Shown piece after piece: positions 18,877-28,461 of a DNA stretch of 64,000 nt; position 1 is the first letter of the stretch, and every line of letters begins with the position of its first letter. The stretch lies in contig JADLBQ010000045.1 in the NCBI GenBank assembly GCA_020847635.1, forward strand, positions 41,377 through 105,376, written 5' to 3'. Under the pieces are notes generated by a model, which ran no database searches, was not told the origin of the DNA, and saw nothing but the letters and a program-made list of their open reading frames with translations. The position numbers were made by a program, and so were the translations under genes. Source of the stretch: Bacteroidia bacterium (GTDB lineage: Bacteria > Bacteroidota > Bacteroidia > AKYH767-A > OLB10).

Positions 18877-20130
18877 ATGATAAGATTCTCAGTTTTTGTT
18901 CTTGCTCTGATGCTTATTGATATCTATGCCTTTCAGTCAATCCGGTTCTCAGTAAGAACGTTAAATCCGTCAACAGCAAAAATCGTTTTTCTAATTTACT
19001 GGTCACTTTCAGTTTTGTGCTATACAGCAATCCTCACAGCAGCTTTTACTGACTGGCATCAATGGCCAAAACAGATCCGTACAATCAGTTTTGCAATGCT
19101 TGTAATTTTATTTCTCCCAAAAATTCTGATATCGGCATTTTTGTTTTTAGATGACATAATCAGAATGTTCAGGTGGGCTATATTGAAAACCGCAGTTGCA
19201 TTTTCTCCGGTAAGCAGCCATACAGATACTCATCAGATCAGCCGGTCTGATTTTATCGTCAAAGTTGCATTGATTGCCGGTGCAATTCCTTTTTTATCTT
19301 TGATTTGGGGAACGATTTACGGAGCCTATCGGTTTACCGTAAGGAAGGTTAGGATAAAGGTTAAAGATTTACCTGATGAGTTTGTGAGTTTCAGGATAGT
19401 GCAGGTATCGGATATCCATTCCGGTAGTTTTAATTCGAAAGAACCGCTTCAACATGCTATTAAGTTAATAAATAATCAGAAACCCGATGTCATATTTATT
19501 ACAGGTGATCTGATAAATGTTCTTGCCAGTGAACTGGAGATGCATCATGATACGCTGAAATCATTATCAGCAAAGCATGGAATTTATAGTATTCTTGGGA
19601 ACCATGATTATGGAGATTATTATCATTGGACGTCAGAAAGGGACAAACGCAAAAATTTTGAAGAGCTAATTCAAACTCAGCGGGATTATGGATGGAAGCT
19701 ATTGATGGATGAGCATGATTATATCTCCATTAATGGAAAGAAAATTGGTGTTGCGGGTGTTCAGAACTGGAGCGCACGAATGGGATTTCAGCAGTATGGA
19801 AATCTGGATAAGGCAATTGCGGGAATGAATGGTACGTTTTTTAATATTCTGCTTACCCACGATCCTTCTCACTGGAGAAAGCAGGTGTTAAACCATAAAA
19901 ACCTAAACCTGACATTAAGTGGGCATACACACGGAATGCAGATTGGAGTTGAAATACCCGGTTTTAAATGGAGTCCTTCACAATATTTTTACCACGAATG
20001 GGCTGGCCTCTACACTCAAGGAGATCAGCAGTTGTATGTTAACCGTGGACTGGGTTTTATTGGTTACCCCGGAAGGGTAGGAATCATGCCTGAAATCACC
20101 CTGATTGAACTTGTAAAGCATACGGGTTAA
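18877..20130 (+). CDS. Membrane-anchored metallophosphoesterase (YkuE-like)
   Basis: N-terminal TM helices are followed by VQVSDIHSG, TGDL, GNHDYG and GHTHG motifs. The ATG at 18877 is preferred over the TTG at 18862. Confidence 0.85.
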   Translation: MIRFSVFVLALMLIDIYAFQSIRFSVRTLNPSTAKIVFLIYWSLSVLCYTAILTAAFTDWHQWPKQIRTISFAMLVILFLPKILISAFLFLDDIIRMFRWAILKTAVAFSPVSSHTDTHQISRSDFIVKVALIAGAIPFLSLIWGTIYGAYRFTVRKVRIKVKDLPDEFVSFRIVQVSDIHSGSFNSKEPLQHAIKLINNQKPDVIFITGDLINVLASELEMHHDTLKSLSAKHGIYSILGNHDYGDYYHWTSERDKRKNFEELIQTQRDYGWKLLMDEHDYISINGKKIGVAGVQNWSARMGFQQYGNLDKAIAGMNGTFFNILLTHDPSHWRKQVLNHKNLNLTLSGHTHGMQIGVEIPGFKWSPSQYFYHEWAGLYTQGDQQLYVNRGLGFIGYPGRVGIMPEITLIELVKHTG

Positions 20131-20200
20131 GATTCTATTTTGCTCCCTGTCACTGCTTCCCCCGTTTTATCCAGATTGCTATAAAGCAAATGAATTTTGT

Positions 20201-21184
20201 TTAGTTAACTGTTTTCGTGTTCAATTCTATTCGATTGCGAATTGGTTTAAGTGTTTTCAGGTAGCTGAATATTGCGTTCAGATCTTCATCAGTCATTCTT
20301 CCATACAAGGTCCAGGGCATCATGGTATTAATATTACCGGGTTCTAATTTGGAATGAAGTGTAATTGAATCGGACCTGGAATGAAAGAGGTCAAGAAACA
20401 TTTGATTGGTCCATTCCCCGATTCCGGTCTCCGTATCAGGAGTCAGGTTAGTTGAATGGATAACAGTACCGTCTGGGAAAGGGAATTCACGGCCTCCGGC
20501 AAATTCCATTCCGACAATTAGTTTCCCACCTTTAACCTGAGTATGACATTCCATACAGGTAGCTGCATTTGTCAAATATTTTCCATAATTCACAATGTCT
20601 GATTTTTCAGGAAGTTTAGTTGGCTGAGCTTTTACAGGAATGGTATTAATGATCAGGTTCATTGGAAAGTCAGACTTAGATGGCAAGACTTTATTCTCTA
20701 TCGGCCTCAGCGTTCGTATATAGGCTATGATGCATTTAATATCCTCTGGGTCCATCTGGCCATAATATTGATAAGGCATGATTGGGAAAAGGGCTTTCCC
20801 TTCTTTATTGACTCCTGTTGTGATGACTCTGAATAATTCTCCGTCAGTATAGCGGCTAATACCCGAAGGAGTGATATTTGATGAGTAATAAGCGCCCGGG
20901 AATCCAAGCTTCTGATCAAATAATTCTCCTCCCTGGCCCATCGTACTTTCAATCAGCGGACCGGAGAATCTGGACCAGTCACGCTGTGAATGACAATCAA
21001 TACAAACCGTAACATGAGTAGCGAGGTACTTGCCCCGGGCAATCCTAGCCGGGGTTTGTTCGATTACCAGATCCGGAGCTTCTCCAACATCGGGTAAGGC
21101 AAATTTAATGTAGGCAATACCTGATATCACAAGAACGATCAAGATACCGGATATCCAGGTTAAGAGTGTTTTTATTTTTTTCAT
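20201..21184 (-). CDS. Membrane-anchored di-heme c-type cytochrome
   Basis: It has an N-terminal TM helix and two CxxCH motifs (CIDCH, CMECH). Confidence 0.85.
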   Translation of the reverse strand: MKKIKTLLTWISGILIVLVISGIAYIKFALPDVGEAPDLVIEQTPARIARGKYLATHVTVCIDCHSQRDWSRFSGPLIESTMGQGGELFDQKLGFPGAYYSSNITPSGISRYTDGELFRVITTGVNKEGKALFPIMPYQYYGQMDPEDIKCIIAYIRTLRPIENKVLPSKSDFPMNLIINTIPVKAQPTKLPEKSDIVNYGKYLTNAATCMECHTQVKGGKLIVGMEFAGGREFPFPDGTVIHSTNLTPDTETGIGEWTNQMFLDLFHSRSDSITLHSKLEPGNINTMMPWTLYGRMTDEDLNAIFSYLKTLKPIRNRIELNTKTVN

Positions 21185-21491
21185 CGTATTAATTGAGTTA
21201 ATTAATTCAAATTATTCTGTAGTAAATTGTGTTGGTTCCCCCGGGTTACCTTCTAACTAAATAACCAATATCTGTTCTGGAGCTGCAAATATTAACTGCT
21301 TATGCCGCAATATATTAGGCAAATATAATAATCGGAGAAATAACTCAACAATTTTTTTTGCTGAATCTTTTATTCGTTAACTTATGCTTTTAAAATGATT
21401 ATGAAAGGCAATTTTAAAAAGGCAGGAGCATCTAACTGCAAGAAAAAACAGCTGAAATTGGGTTAATAAAACAATAGGCTGCCGGATAAAA

Positions 21492-22037
21492 TTAATCTGT
21501 TATCTGTTTTAATCCCACTATAGCAAGCAACTGAAAAATTGGAGTATAATTTCTTTTCCCCCGGTTCTTTAAACGTAAACTGCTTTTCAGTTCTTTATAA
21601 TTTGAATAGAAGAAAGCTGAGATCCTGCCTTTGACCTGATGGTCTTTTATCAACCACAAAGCCTCGTGAACAGCTCCGGTTTCTGATTCTTCCTCTAGCT
21701 CAATATAATAATCCAGATCTGACCAGAAGTATTTTTTCATGATGAAGGAAAATACAGGGTTTCTAAAGGTTATTCCGTTCTTATCAATAATGATACTTTT
21801 TGCAAAACTCATCAGTAGCCATAGAAACAATAAGTTTAAGCCGATTAAAAAGAATATGACTAAAAGGGAAGAAGAAAAAGTTGTTTCATCTGCCGTGTTA
21901 TCTGATGACAATAATATCTTCAATGTAAGATATCCAAAGATGAGATTCAGGATTACCAGAAATCCAAAACCACCGGTAATTTTAAATTGAGATTTAATGG
22001 ATGCTGTTGATTGCTTTTCTGTAGGATTTTGCTGCAT
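21492..22037 (-). CDS. Hypothetical membrane protein (2 TM helices plus a small soluble domain)
   Basis: The ORF has two hydrophobic helices and I recognise no family. The ATG at 22037 is preferred over the TTG at 22070. AT-rich spacers flank it. Confidence 0.5.
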   Translation of the reverse strand: MQQNPTEKQSTASIKSQFKITGGFGFLVILNLIFGYLTLKILLSSDNTADETTFSSSLLVIFFLIGLNLLFLWLLMSFAKSIIIDKNGITFRNPVFSFIMKKYFWSDLDYYIELEEESETGAVHEALWLIKDHQVKGRISAFFYSNYKELKSSLRLKNRGKRNYTPIFQLLAIVGLKQITD

Positions 22038-22156
22038 GGTTGTTAGGTTGAGATTTTGGTTAATCAGCAACTTATTAAATTATTCTGGAGTGAGTTCAGT
22101 TAAATGTATGATTGCAGATTACTGAATGAAGGTTTAAAATGCAAATGGTATAAACC

Positions 22157-24580
22157 TCATTTCCTTATTTCAGCACCGAGTTTCATTGTTAGAGCCTTCA
22201 TCAGTTGGTCCATAACCCCGTCAATCTGTTTATCGGTCAATGTCTTATTGTCATCCTGAAGGTAAAAGCTAACTGCAAGTGACATTTTCCCTTGGCCGAT
22301 ATGCTCTCCTCTGTAAATATCAAAGAGGTTAATCTGCCGGATTAGTTTCTTTTCAGTTTCTGACACAATCTTTTCAATTTCACTGTAGCTTATCGTGTCA
22401 TTAATGATAAAAGCCAAGTCCCGTTTTACAACCGGGTAGTGAGAAGGTTCACGGATTGAATCTGCCGGTTTGACCGATAGACGGATTGCATCCCGGTATA
22501 ATTCAGCCGCCAGCACCTGTTCCTGAATTTCAAATTGCTTTAATTTTTCCAGGCTTACATAGCCGGCATAACCAATCAGATTGCCTGAACAGGAGATTGC
22601 AGCACAAAGTCCAAAGCCGGTCTTATCTGCTAATTTAAATTGTAAACTGCTGCTGTTGATACCGCTTTGTTCAAGCAGGTTTATAATGACCGATTTTAAA
22701 GTGTAGAAATCAGATTGTGAAAGCCCGGTCTTAAATCTTGATTCGGGCAGCCGGTTTCCTGCAATAAAAATTGATATGCATTTCTCTTCAGAAAATTTAC
22801 CAGCATGATTCCGGTAGATTCTGCCTGTTTCAAATAATTTAAGAATAAAATTCTTGCGATTCAGATTGTAACGAATGGTTTCCAGCCCCGATGAAATCAT
22901 TTCACTTCTCAATCCGGCCAGTTCCTGGCTAAGCGGATTCAGAATTTTTACCTGTTCCGGAAGATGACTAAGCTCAGAAAGTGAATTATTCAGGATTTCA
23001 GTAAAACCATTGGCAACCAGAAACTGTGTTACTTTCTCAAGCAAAGTTTCTGATGCATTAAATGCTGATACCGGAAGCGGGATTTTCAATTTTAATGGAA
23101 GTGGAACATTGTTATAACCATAAATCCTGAGAATTTCTTCAGCGCAATCAGCACTTGTTCTGATGTCTGATTTAAAGGTTGGTACACTTACAGTCCATTC
23201 TGTTTTAGTCTGACTTTTAAGTTCAAAGCCAAGGTCGGTAAGAATCGAAGAAGCTGCCGATTCAGGTATTTCAACTCCCATTAAACGATTTAATTTATCG
23301 GGATTTAATGTTAACGAGCCGGTAGGAACCGGATTCGGATAAATATCAGTATAGTATGGTGACACTTTTGCCAAACAGATTGCTTCAATCAAAGCAGCTG
23401 CCCTGAGCATAGCTTCAACAGTTACAGAAGGATCTGTTCCGCGTTCAAAACGGAAAGAGGCATCGGTTTTCAAGCCATGATGTTTTGCTGTTTTGCGGAT
23501 AGAAGAAGGACTGAAACAGGCACTTTCAAGGAAAACATTTTTAGTAGCTGAAGTAACTCCTGAATCACTTCCACCAAAAACACCAGCCAGGCACATTCCA
23601 TGTTTTTCGTCACAAATCATCAGTTCATCACCGGTTAGCTTGTGCTCAATTCCATCAAGGGTTTTGAAAATTGTTCCTGCCGGAAGATTTTTAACAACAA
23701 CATGAGAGCCTGAAATTTTATCGGCATCAAATGCATGCAAGGGCTGTCCGTATTCATGCAGAACAAAATTTGTGATGTCAACTACATTGTTGACAGGTTT
23801 CAAACCAATTGACTGAAGACGGTGCCTTAGCCAGTCGGGTGAATCTGTAATTGTTAATCCGGAAAGCAGGATACCTGAATAACGGATACAATCCCTATTA
23901 TTTTCAATGGTGACTTTAACTGGTGAATTGCCAGGAATGGATGTCAGCTTTACTTCGGGGCGTTTCACAGTTACTTCCTGGTGATTAATTTTTGGATTTT
24001 TATTTCGGATTACTGCAGCCAGGTCACGGGCAACTCCCAGGTGAGACGCTGCATCACCGCGGTTAGGGGTAAGCCCTATTTCGAATACATAATCTGATTT
24101 AAGGTTAAAGTATGCAGCTGCCTGCATACCGGCTACTGCTTCTGTTGGAAGTATCATAATCCCCTCATGGCTGGATCCAAGTCCAATTTCATCTTCAGCA
24201 CATATCATCCCTTCAGATACTTCTCCTCTTATTTTTGATTTTGTGATTTTAAAAGGCTCACCTTTGGCAGGATACAGAACAGCACCGGGAAGTGCAACAA
24301 CTACTTTCTGACCAGTTGCAACATTGGGTGCCCCACAAATAATCTGGCGTAATTCACCCTCATTAATATTGACTTTACAGACACTCAGTTTATCCGCATT
24401 TGGATGTCTAACTTTTTCAATGACTTCACCAATAACGATTCCCTGCAATCCTCCTTTAACTGTTTGGTAGTGTATTACTTCTTCAACTTCAAGACCGCAG
24501 TGAGTTAATAGCTCGGCAGCCTGTTCAGCTTTCAATTTAACGGGAAGATACTGGCAAAGCCAGTCATAGGAAATTTTCAT
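22157..24580 (-). CDS. pheT: Phenylalanine--tRNA ligase beta subunit
   Basis: The N-terminus is MKISYDWLCQYLP. The layout of tRNA-binding, B3/4, B5 and FDX-ACB domains fits, and length is 807 aa. Confidence 0.95.
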   Translation of the reverse strand: MKISYDWLCQYLPVKLKAEQAAELLTHCGLEVEEVIHYQTVKGGLQGIVIGEVIEKVRHPNADKLSVCKVNINEGELRQIICGAPNVATGQKVVVALPGAVLYPAKGEPFKITKSKIRGEVSEGMICAEDEIGLGSSHEGIMILPTEAVAGMQAAAYFNLKSDYVFEIGLTPNRGDAASHLGVARDLAAVIRNKNPKINHQEVTVKRPEVKLTSIPGNSPVKVTIENNRDCIRYSGILLSGLTITDSPDWLRHRLQSIGLKPVNNVVDITNFVLHEYGQPLHAFDADKISGSHVVVKNLPAGTIFKTLDGIEHKLTGDELMICDEKHGMCLAGVFGGSDSGVTSATKNVFLESACFSPSSIRKTAKHHGLKTDASFRFERGTDPSVTVEAMLRAAALIEAICLAKVSPYYTDIYPNPVPTGSLTLNPDKLNRLMGVEIPESAASSILTDLGFELKSQTKTEWTVSVPTFKSDIRTSADCAEEILRIYGYNNVPLPLKLKIPLPVSAFNASETLLEKVTQFLVANGFTEILNNSLSELSHLPEQVKILNPLSQELAGLRSEMISSGLETIRYNLNRKNFILKLFETGRIYRNHAGKFSEEKCISIFIAGNRLPESRFKTGLSQSDFYTLKSVIINLLEQSGINSSSLQFKLADKTGFGLCAAISCSGNLIGYAGYVSLEKLKQFEIQEQVLAAELYRDAIRLSVKPADSIREPSHYPVVKRDLAFIINDTISYSEIEKIVSETEKKLIRQINLFDIYRGEHIGQGKMSLAVSFYLQDDNKTLTDKQIDGVMDQLMKALTMKLGAEIRK

Positions 24581-24625
24581 GCTTTAAAATCAGCCGGTAA
24601 AATTAATCATCACTCCGGATGAAGT

Positions 24626-25153
24626 TTATGACCATCCCGGCATATTACTAATCAAACCTGCCTGCTGAAGGATAATGAGCAGAATGACTAAAAGCAGCAG
24701 TGAAATGCCAAAGGTGATTGTCAGGGTTTTGTAGAGATTTGCATTCTTTTGGAGTCTGGCAAATCGGTAAATATTGTACAATGCTTTCTCAGCCCTGTAA
24801 AATGCACTTTCACCTTTTACAATATAATCAAAAGCACCATATTTCATGGTATCAACAGCTACCTCAATTTTATCCTGCCCCGAAAGCATGACCACCTCGC
24901 AATCAGGATGCTTTTTCTTGATTTCAGTCAGCACATCAAGCCCGTCCATGGCGTCTTGTACAATACTGTTCAGGTAATAGTCAAGGTAAATTGCAACCGG
25001 AACTTCCGTGTTTTCAGCAAGATAGCTCAGGCATTGTTCACCGGTTTCAAAGGTCTTAATCCGGTAACCTGACATTTTTCCGAGATGATCAGCAAGCAGT
25101 TCACGTTGCATCGAATCATCTTCAACAATATAAATTACGGGGCTTTTGCTCAT
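24626..25153 (-). CDS. Receiver-only response regulator with a C-terminal transmembrane anchor (paralog of 13571-14077)
   Basis: REC motifs are IVEDD, IYLDYYL, VVMLSGQ and KYGAFDYIVK. The tail is ITFGISLLLLVILLIILQ. It aligns block by block with the 13571-14077 protein. Confidence 0.8.
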   Translation of the reverse strand: MSKSPVIYIVEDDSMQRELLADHLGKMSGYRIKTFETGEQCLSYLAENTEVPVAIYLDYYLNSIVQDAMDGLDVLTEIKKKHPDCEVVMLSGQDKIEVAVDTMKYGAFDYIVKGESAFYRAEKALYNIYRFARLQKNANLYKTLTITFGISLLLLVILLIILQQAGLISNMPGWS

Positions 25154-25227
25154 TATTAGTAATCAGTTAGCTGCGGCAAATTAAACAAAATCAAATCAAT
25201 AGAATTTCAGATCAGGAATATTACATC

Positions 25228-25569
25228 TTATATGCCGATTTCATTTCTTAATTCAGGATATACAGACTCAAGAATTGATTTCAACTTATTAATTTGTTCA
25301 GCAGTGCCCTCATCTTTTCCTGCAATACTATTTGCTTCAATAGTCTGAATAATGCTCTCAGCACTTTTAATTCCCATATAGGAAATTTGTGGTTTTAACG
25401 AATGAGCTGAGGTTTTCAGTTTTGTCCAGTCTTTTTCCTTATAAGAAGATTCAATCTGCTGAATCATAGCGGGTGTTTGTTGAAGAAACATTCCGATATA
25501 CTTTTTTATACGCTCACTGTCATTATTGGTAAATTTCCGGAGAAAGGTAAGATCAGATACTGTTGTCAT
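25228..25569 (-). CDS. Hpt (histidine phosphotransfer) domain protein
   Basis: It is a 113-aa helical protein carrying the SAHSLKPQISYMG phospho-His motif. Confidence 0.8.
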   Translation of the reverse strand: MTTVSDLTFLRKFTNNDSERIKKYIGMFLQQTPAMIQQIESSYKEKDWTKLKTSAHSLKPQISYMGIKSAESIIQTIEANSIAGKDEGTAEQINKLKSILESVYPELRNEIGI

Positions 25570-25579
25570 ATTGTATTGT

Positions 25580-27202
25580 TTAGATTCTCGAATTCAGAAG
25601 CAGTGAACTCATTTTTTGAACCAGTTCTGACTGGTTAAATGGTTTTGGGACAAAATCATTCATTCCAGCATTAAAACATTCCTGAACTTCTTCTTTGATA
25701 ACGCTTGCAGTCATGGCTAAAATCGGGACATTACGGGCTGGTAAAGGTAGTTCGTTTCTGATTTTCCGGCAGGCTTCATAGCCATCCATTTCCGGCATCT
25801 GGATATCCATGACAATCAAATCATAAGGTGCTGAACTGTGCATTTCGACTGCCTGCTTACCATTCTCAGCAATGTCCACCTTAAGCTGAGGAATCAGCTC
25901 AAGAATGCTGTCAACAGCAACCACCTGGTTAAACGGGTTATCTTCTGCTAGTAGAATTCTCTTTGATTTCATTTGTTCAATCATATCGTCAGAAAGAATC
26001 TGATTTTGAATTTCTGGTAATTGATCTGTGGTCTCTTCGTATGGTAAGGTAAATACAAAAACAGAGCCTTCACCCAGTCGGCTTTTCAGTGAAATTGTTC
26101 CGTTCTGAAGCTCAGCAAGCTGTTTGGTAATGGTTAACCCTAACCCGGTACCCCCGAATTTTCGAGAAGTATGCCTGTTTGCCTGTGTAAACTTATCAAA
26201 AACCTTGGTAAGTTTGTCTTCCGGAATCCCAATCCCGGTATCTTCAATCTCAAATCTGATATTTATTTTATTTACTTCTTTTCCGGCTGTTGAAACACGA
26301 ATGGAAACAGTTCCTTTTTCGGTAAACTTAACTGCATTGCCTCCAATGTTTATCAGCATTTGAAATAACCGGACCGGATCGCCTTTTACAAAAGGAGGAA
26401 TATCGGAGCTCACTTCAATATGAAGATTAATACCTTTTTCATTTGCCTTTATTTTCAAATTTGTACCGACCATTTCGGTTGTCTGACGGATTGAAAAAGG
26501 AATCTTCTCAATATTCAGTTTCCCTGATTCGATTTTTGACAGATCCAGAATGTCATTAATAATGGAGAGCAGATTTTCGGCTGAATATTTAATTCCTTTC
26601 AGGTATTCAATCTGCTTTTCATCTGTTAACAGGTTTAACAGCAGATTATTCATACCGATAATGGCATTCATCGGAGTCCGGATTTCATGGCTGATATTGG
26701 CCATAAACTGCCGTTCCAGATTTCTAGCTTCTTCAGCTTTTTGTTTTTCAATTTTTGAAATTTCCATATCAAGGATAGCCTGCTGAAGTTGTTGCTGTGC
26801 TTGTTTTCCTTTTCGTAAGCGCTCTACTTCATCAAGGGTTTTATAAATGGTATTCTCCAGGTCATTAAAGTCAATGGGTTTGGTGTTAAAATCAAATGCA
26901 CCTCTGTTCATTGCTGCCCGGATATTATCCATATCACCATAAGCAGATACAATGATGGTCTTAAAATCTTTATTTAACTCACGAAGGTGCAAAAGCAGTG
27001 TAAGCCCGTCCATTATAGGCATATTAATATCAGTGATAATAATATGGAATTCACGGTTGCCTTTCAGCAACTCAAGAGCTTCTGCACCGTTTGAAGCAAA
27101 TGTAAAGTTCCAGTTTCTTTCTTTAATTTGTTGTGCGAACCATTGGCAGATAAGGCTTTCCATATCTGGCTCATCATCAACAACAAGAATGTGAACAGGC
27201 AT
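25580..27202 (-). CDS. Soluble hybrid histidine kinase (REC-coiled coil-HisKA-HATPase-REC)
   Basis: The N-terminal REC has VVDDEPD and IITDINMP. The H-box is SHEIRTPMNAI and the G-box is GGTGLGLTI. The C-terminal REC has LLAEDN and IVMDIQMP. No TM helix is present. The ATG at 27202 is preferred. Confidence 0.9.
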   Translation of the reverse strand: MPVHILVVDDEPDMESLICQWFAQQIKERNWNFTFASNGAEALELLKGNREFHIIITDINMPIMDGLTLLLHLRELNKDFKTIIVSAYGDMDNIRAAMNRGAFDFNTKPIDFNDLENTIYKTLDEVERLRKGKQAQQQLQQAILDMEISKIEKQKAEEARNLERQFMANISHEIRTPMNAIIGMNNLLLNLLTDEKQIEYLKGIKYSAENLLSIINDILDLSKIESGKLNIEKIPFSIRQTTEMVGTNLKIKANEKGINLHIEVSSDIPPFVKGDPVRLFQMLINIGGNAVKFTEKGTVSIRVSTAGKEVNKINIRFEIEDTGIGIPEDKLTKVFDKFTQANRHTSRKFGGTGLGLTITKQLAELQNGTISLKSRLGEGSVFVFTLPYEETTDQLPEIQNQILSDDMIEQMKSKRILLAEDNPFNQVVAVDSILELIPQLKVDIAENGKQAVEMHSSAPYDLIVMDIQMPEMDGYEACRKIRNELPLPARNVPILAMTASVIKEEVQECFNAGMNDFVPKPFNQSELVQKMSSLLLNSRI

Positions 27203-27293
27203 CTTCTGATGAAAAAATCGGGTGTGTAAAAGTACATTTTCAAAAAGTGAAAATCTGGTTTTTAGTAGATACACTAAATTTTCCTAATGCTGG

Positions 27294-27323
27294 ATTGCAA
27301 TAATTCCCAAAAACTTACTTTTG
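27294..27323 (+). promoter_or_regulatory. Candidate Bacteroidota sigma-A promoter for tRNA-Gln
   Basis: The -33 element is aTTG (27294-27297). After an 18-nt spacer comes the -7 box TACTTTTG (27316-27323), which ends 9 nt before the tRNA 5' end. Confidence 0.5.
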
Positions 27324-27332
27324 CCGCCCGAT

Positions 27333-27405
27333 TGACCGATGGTGTAATTGGCAACACGTCAGATTCTGGCTCTGAAGACTCCAGGTTCGAGCCCTGGTCG
27401 GTCAA
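27333..27405 (+). tRNA. tRNA-Gln (anticodon CUG)
   Basis: Folded by hand. The acceptor stem is TGACCGA/TCGGTCA, with the U1-A72 pair typical of tRNA-Gln. The D stem is GTGT/ACAC. The anticodon stem is TCAGA/TCTGA with loop TTCTGGC. The T arm is CCAGG-TTCGAGC-CCTGG. No CCA is encoded. Confidence 0.85.
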
Positions 27406-27525
27406 CACTTCCTTTGAAAGAGTGCTTCACTAGTAAGTTTGGTTTCCACCCGGTACCGGATTCCTGATAAACCATTAAATTTATCTTTTTGAACAGCAAT
27501 AACATTTTTCCAATCAATCTCTAAT

Positions 27526-28395
27526 ATGAACTCAATAAAAATGAAGTGGTTGATTCTTTCTGTCCTGGTACTCTTTTTTTCATGTGAAAAAGATATAACA
27601 GTTGATCTTCCCGGAGGAGATGAAAAGATTGTAGTAGAGGGCTACATTGAGGTAGGACGTAATGCCTATGTCCTGATATCAACAACAACCGGTTATTTTG
27701 CTCCTGTTGATTCTGTTTCACTGATCAGTACAACTGTAAAAAATGCCCTGGTTATAATAAGTGATGGTTTTATTACTGATACCCTGTTCTCGGTAATTCC
27801 CGAAATCGGGTATGTGTATTACTCGAATAACATAGTGGGAACAGTTGGTCGGAACTATTCGCTTTATATCAGGACCCCGGATGGTAAGGAACTGACTGCT
27901 GAAACTTATTGCTTTCCCGCAATCCAGTTAGACAGTGCCTGGTTTAAGGTTCAGCCGGGGAAAGATTCACTTGGATTTGCCTGGGCTCACCTGACGGATC
28001 CTGATACACTTGGAAACTGTTACCGTTGGTTTGCAAAACGCTTGGGAAAGGATGCTGATTTTATTGCTCCCCTGGGTTCGGTATTTAACGACAAGTTTAT
28101 TAACGGGACAAGTTATGATTTTGCATTTGACAGAGGTCGGCTGCCTCATTCAACTGCTGATGATGACAACAATGATGAAAGAGGCTTTTTTAAACAGGGT
28201 GATACCATAGTTGTTAAATTTTGTACTGTTGGAATGGCAACCTTTGAATTCTGGCGGACTGCTGAACAACAATTAGCAACCAATGGAAATCCTTTTGCAT
28301 CGGTTACATTTCTGAATTCAAATATCAACGGAGGAATTGGAATTTTTGAAGCTTATACACCTTCATTCGATACAATCATTGCCCGGAATAACTAA
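27526..28395 (+). CDS. DUF4249-like lipoprotein
   Basis: The lipobox is LFFSC. It is followed by EKDITVDLPGGDEKIVVEGYI, the usual DUF4249 N-terminal pattern. Confidence 0.55.
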   Translation: MNSIKMKWLILSVLVLFFSCEKDITVDLPGGDEKIVVEGYIEVGRNAYVLISTTTGYFAPVDSVSLISTTVKNALVIISDGFITDTLFSVIPEIGYVYYSNNIVGTVGRNYSLYIRTPDGKELTAETYCFPAIQLDSAWFKVQPGKDSLGFAWAHLTDPDTLGNCYRWFAKRLGKDADFIAPLGSVFNDKFINGTSYDFAFDRGRLPHSTADDDNNDERGFFKQGDTIVVKFCTVGMATFEFWRTAEQQLATNGNPFASVTFLNSNINGGIGIFEAYTPSFDTIIARNN

Positions 28396-28432
28396 ATAAC
28401 ATTTGCTGCTTAAGGCACTGAGTCACTCTTGT

Positions 28433-28440
28433 TATCTTTG
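28433..28440 (+). promoter_or_regulatory. Candidate -7 promoter box TATCTTTG upstream of trxB
   Basis: It matches TAnnTTTG exactly, 21 nt upstream of the ATG. Confidence 0.35.
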
Positions 28441-28461
28441 CTCACTTTTTAATTTTTTTAT

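Noticed and set aside
21395-21466. A 23-codon basic sORF (MIMKGNFKKAGASNCKKKQLKLG) in the large AT-rich spacer
   Set aside because: It is too short and of low complexity, and nothing in the sequence supports it. Such ORFs are expected by chance in AT-rich DNA.
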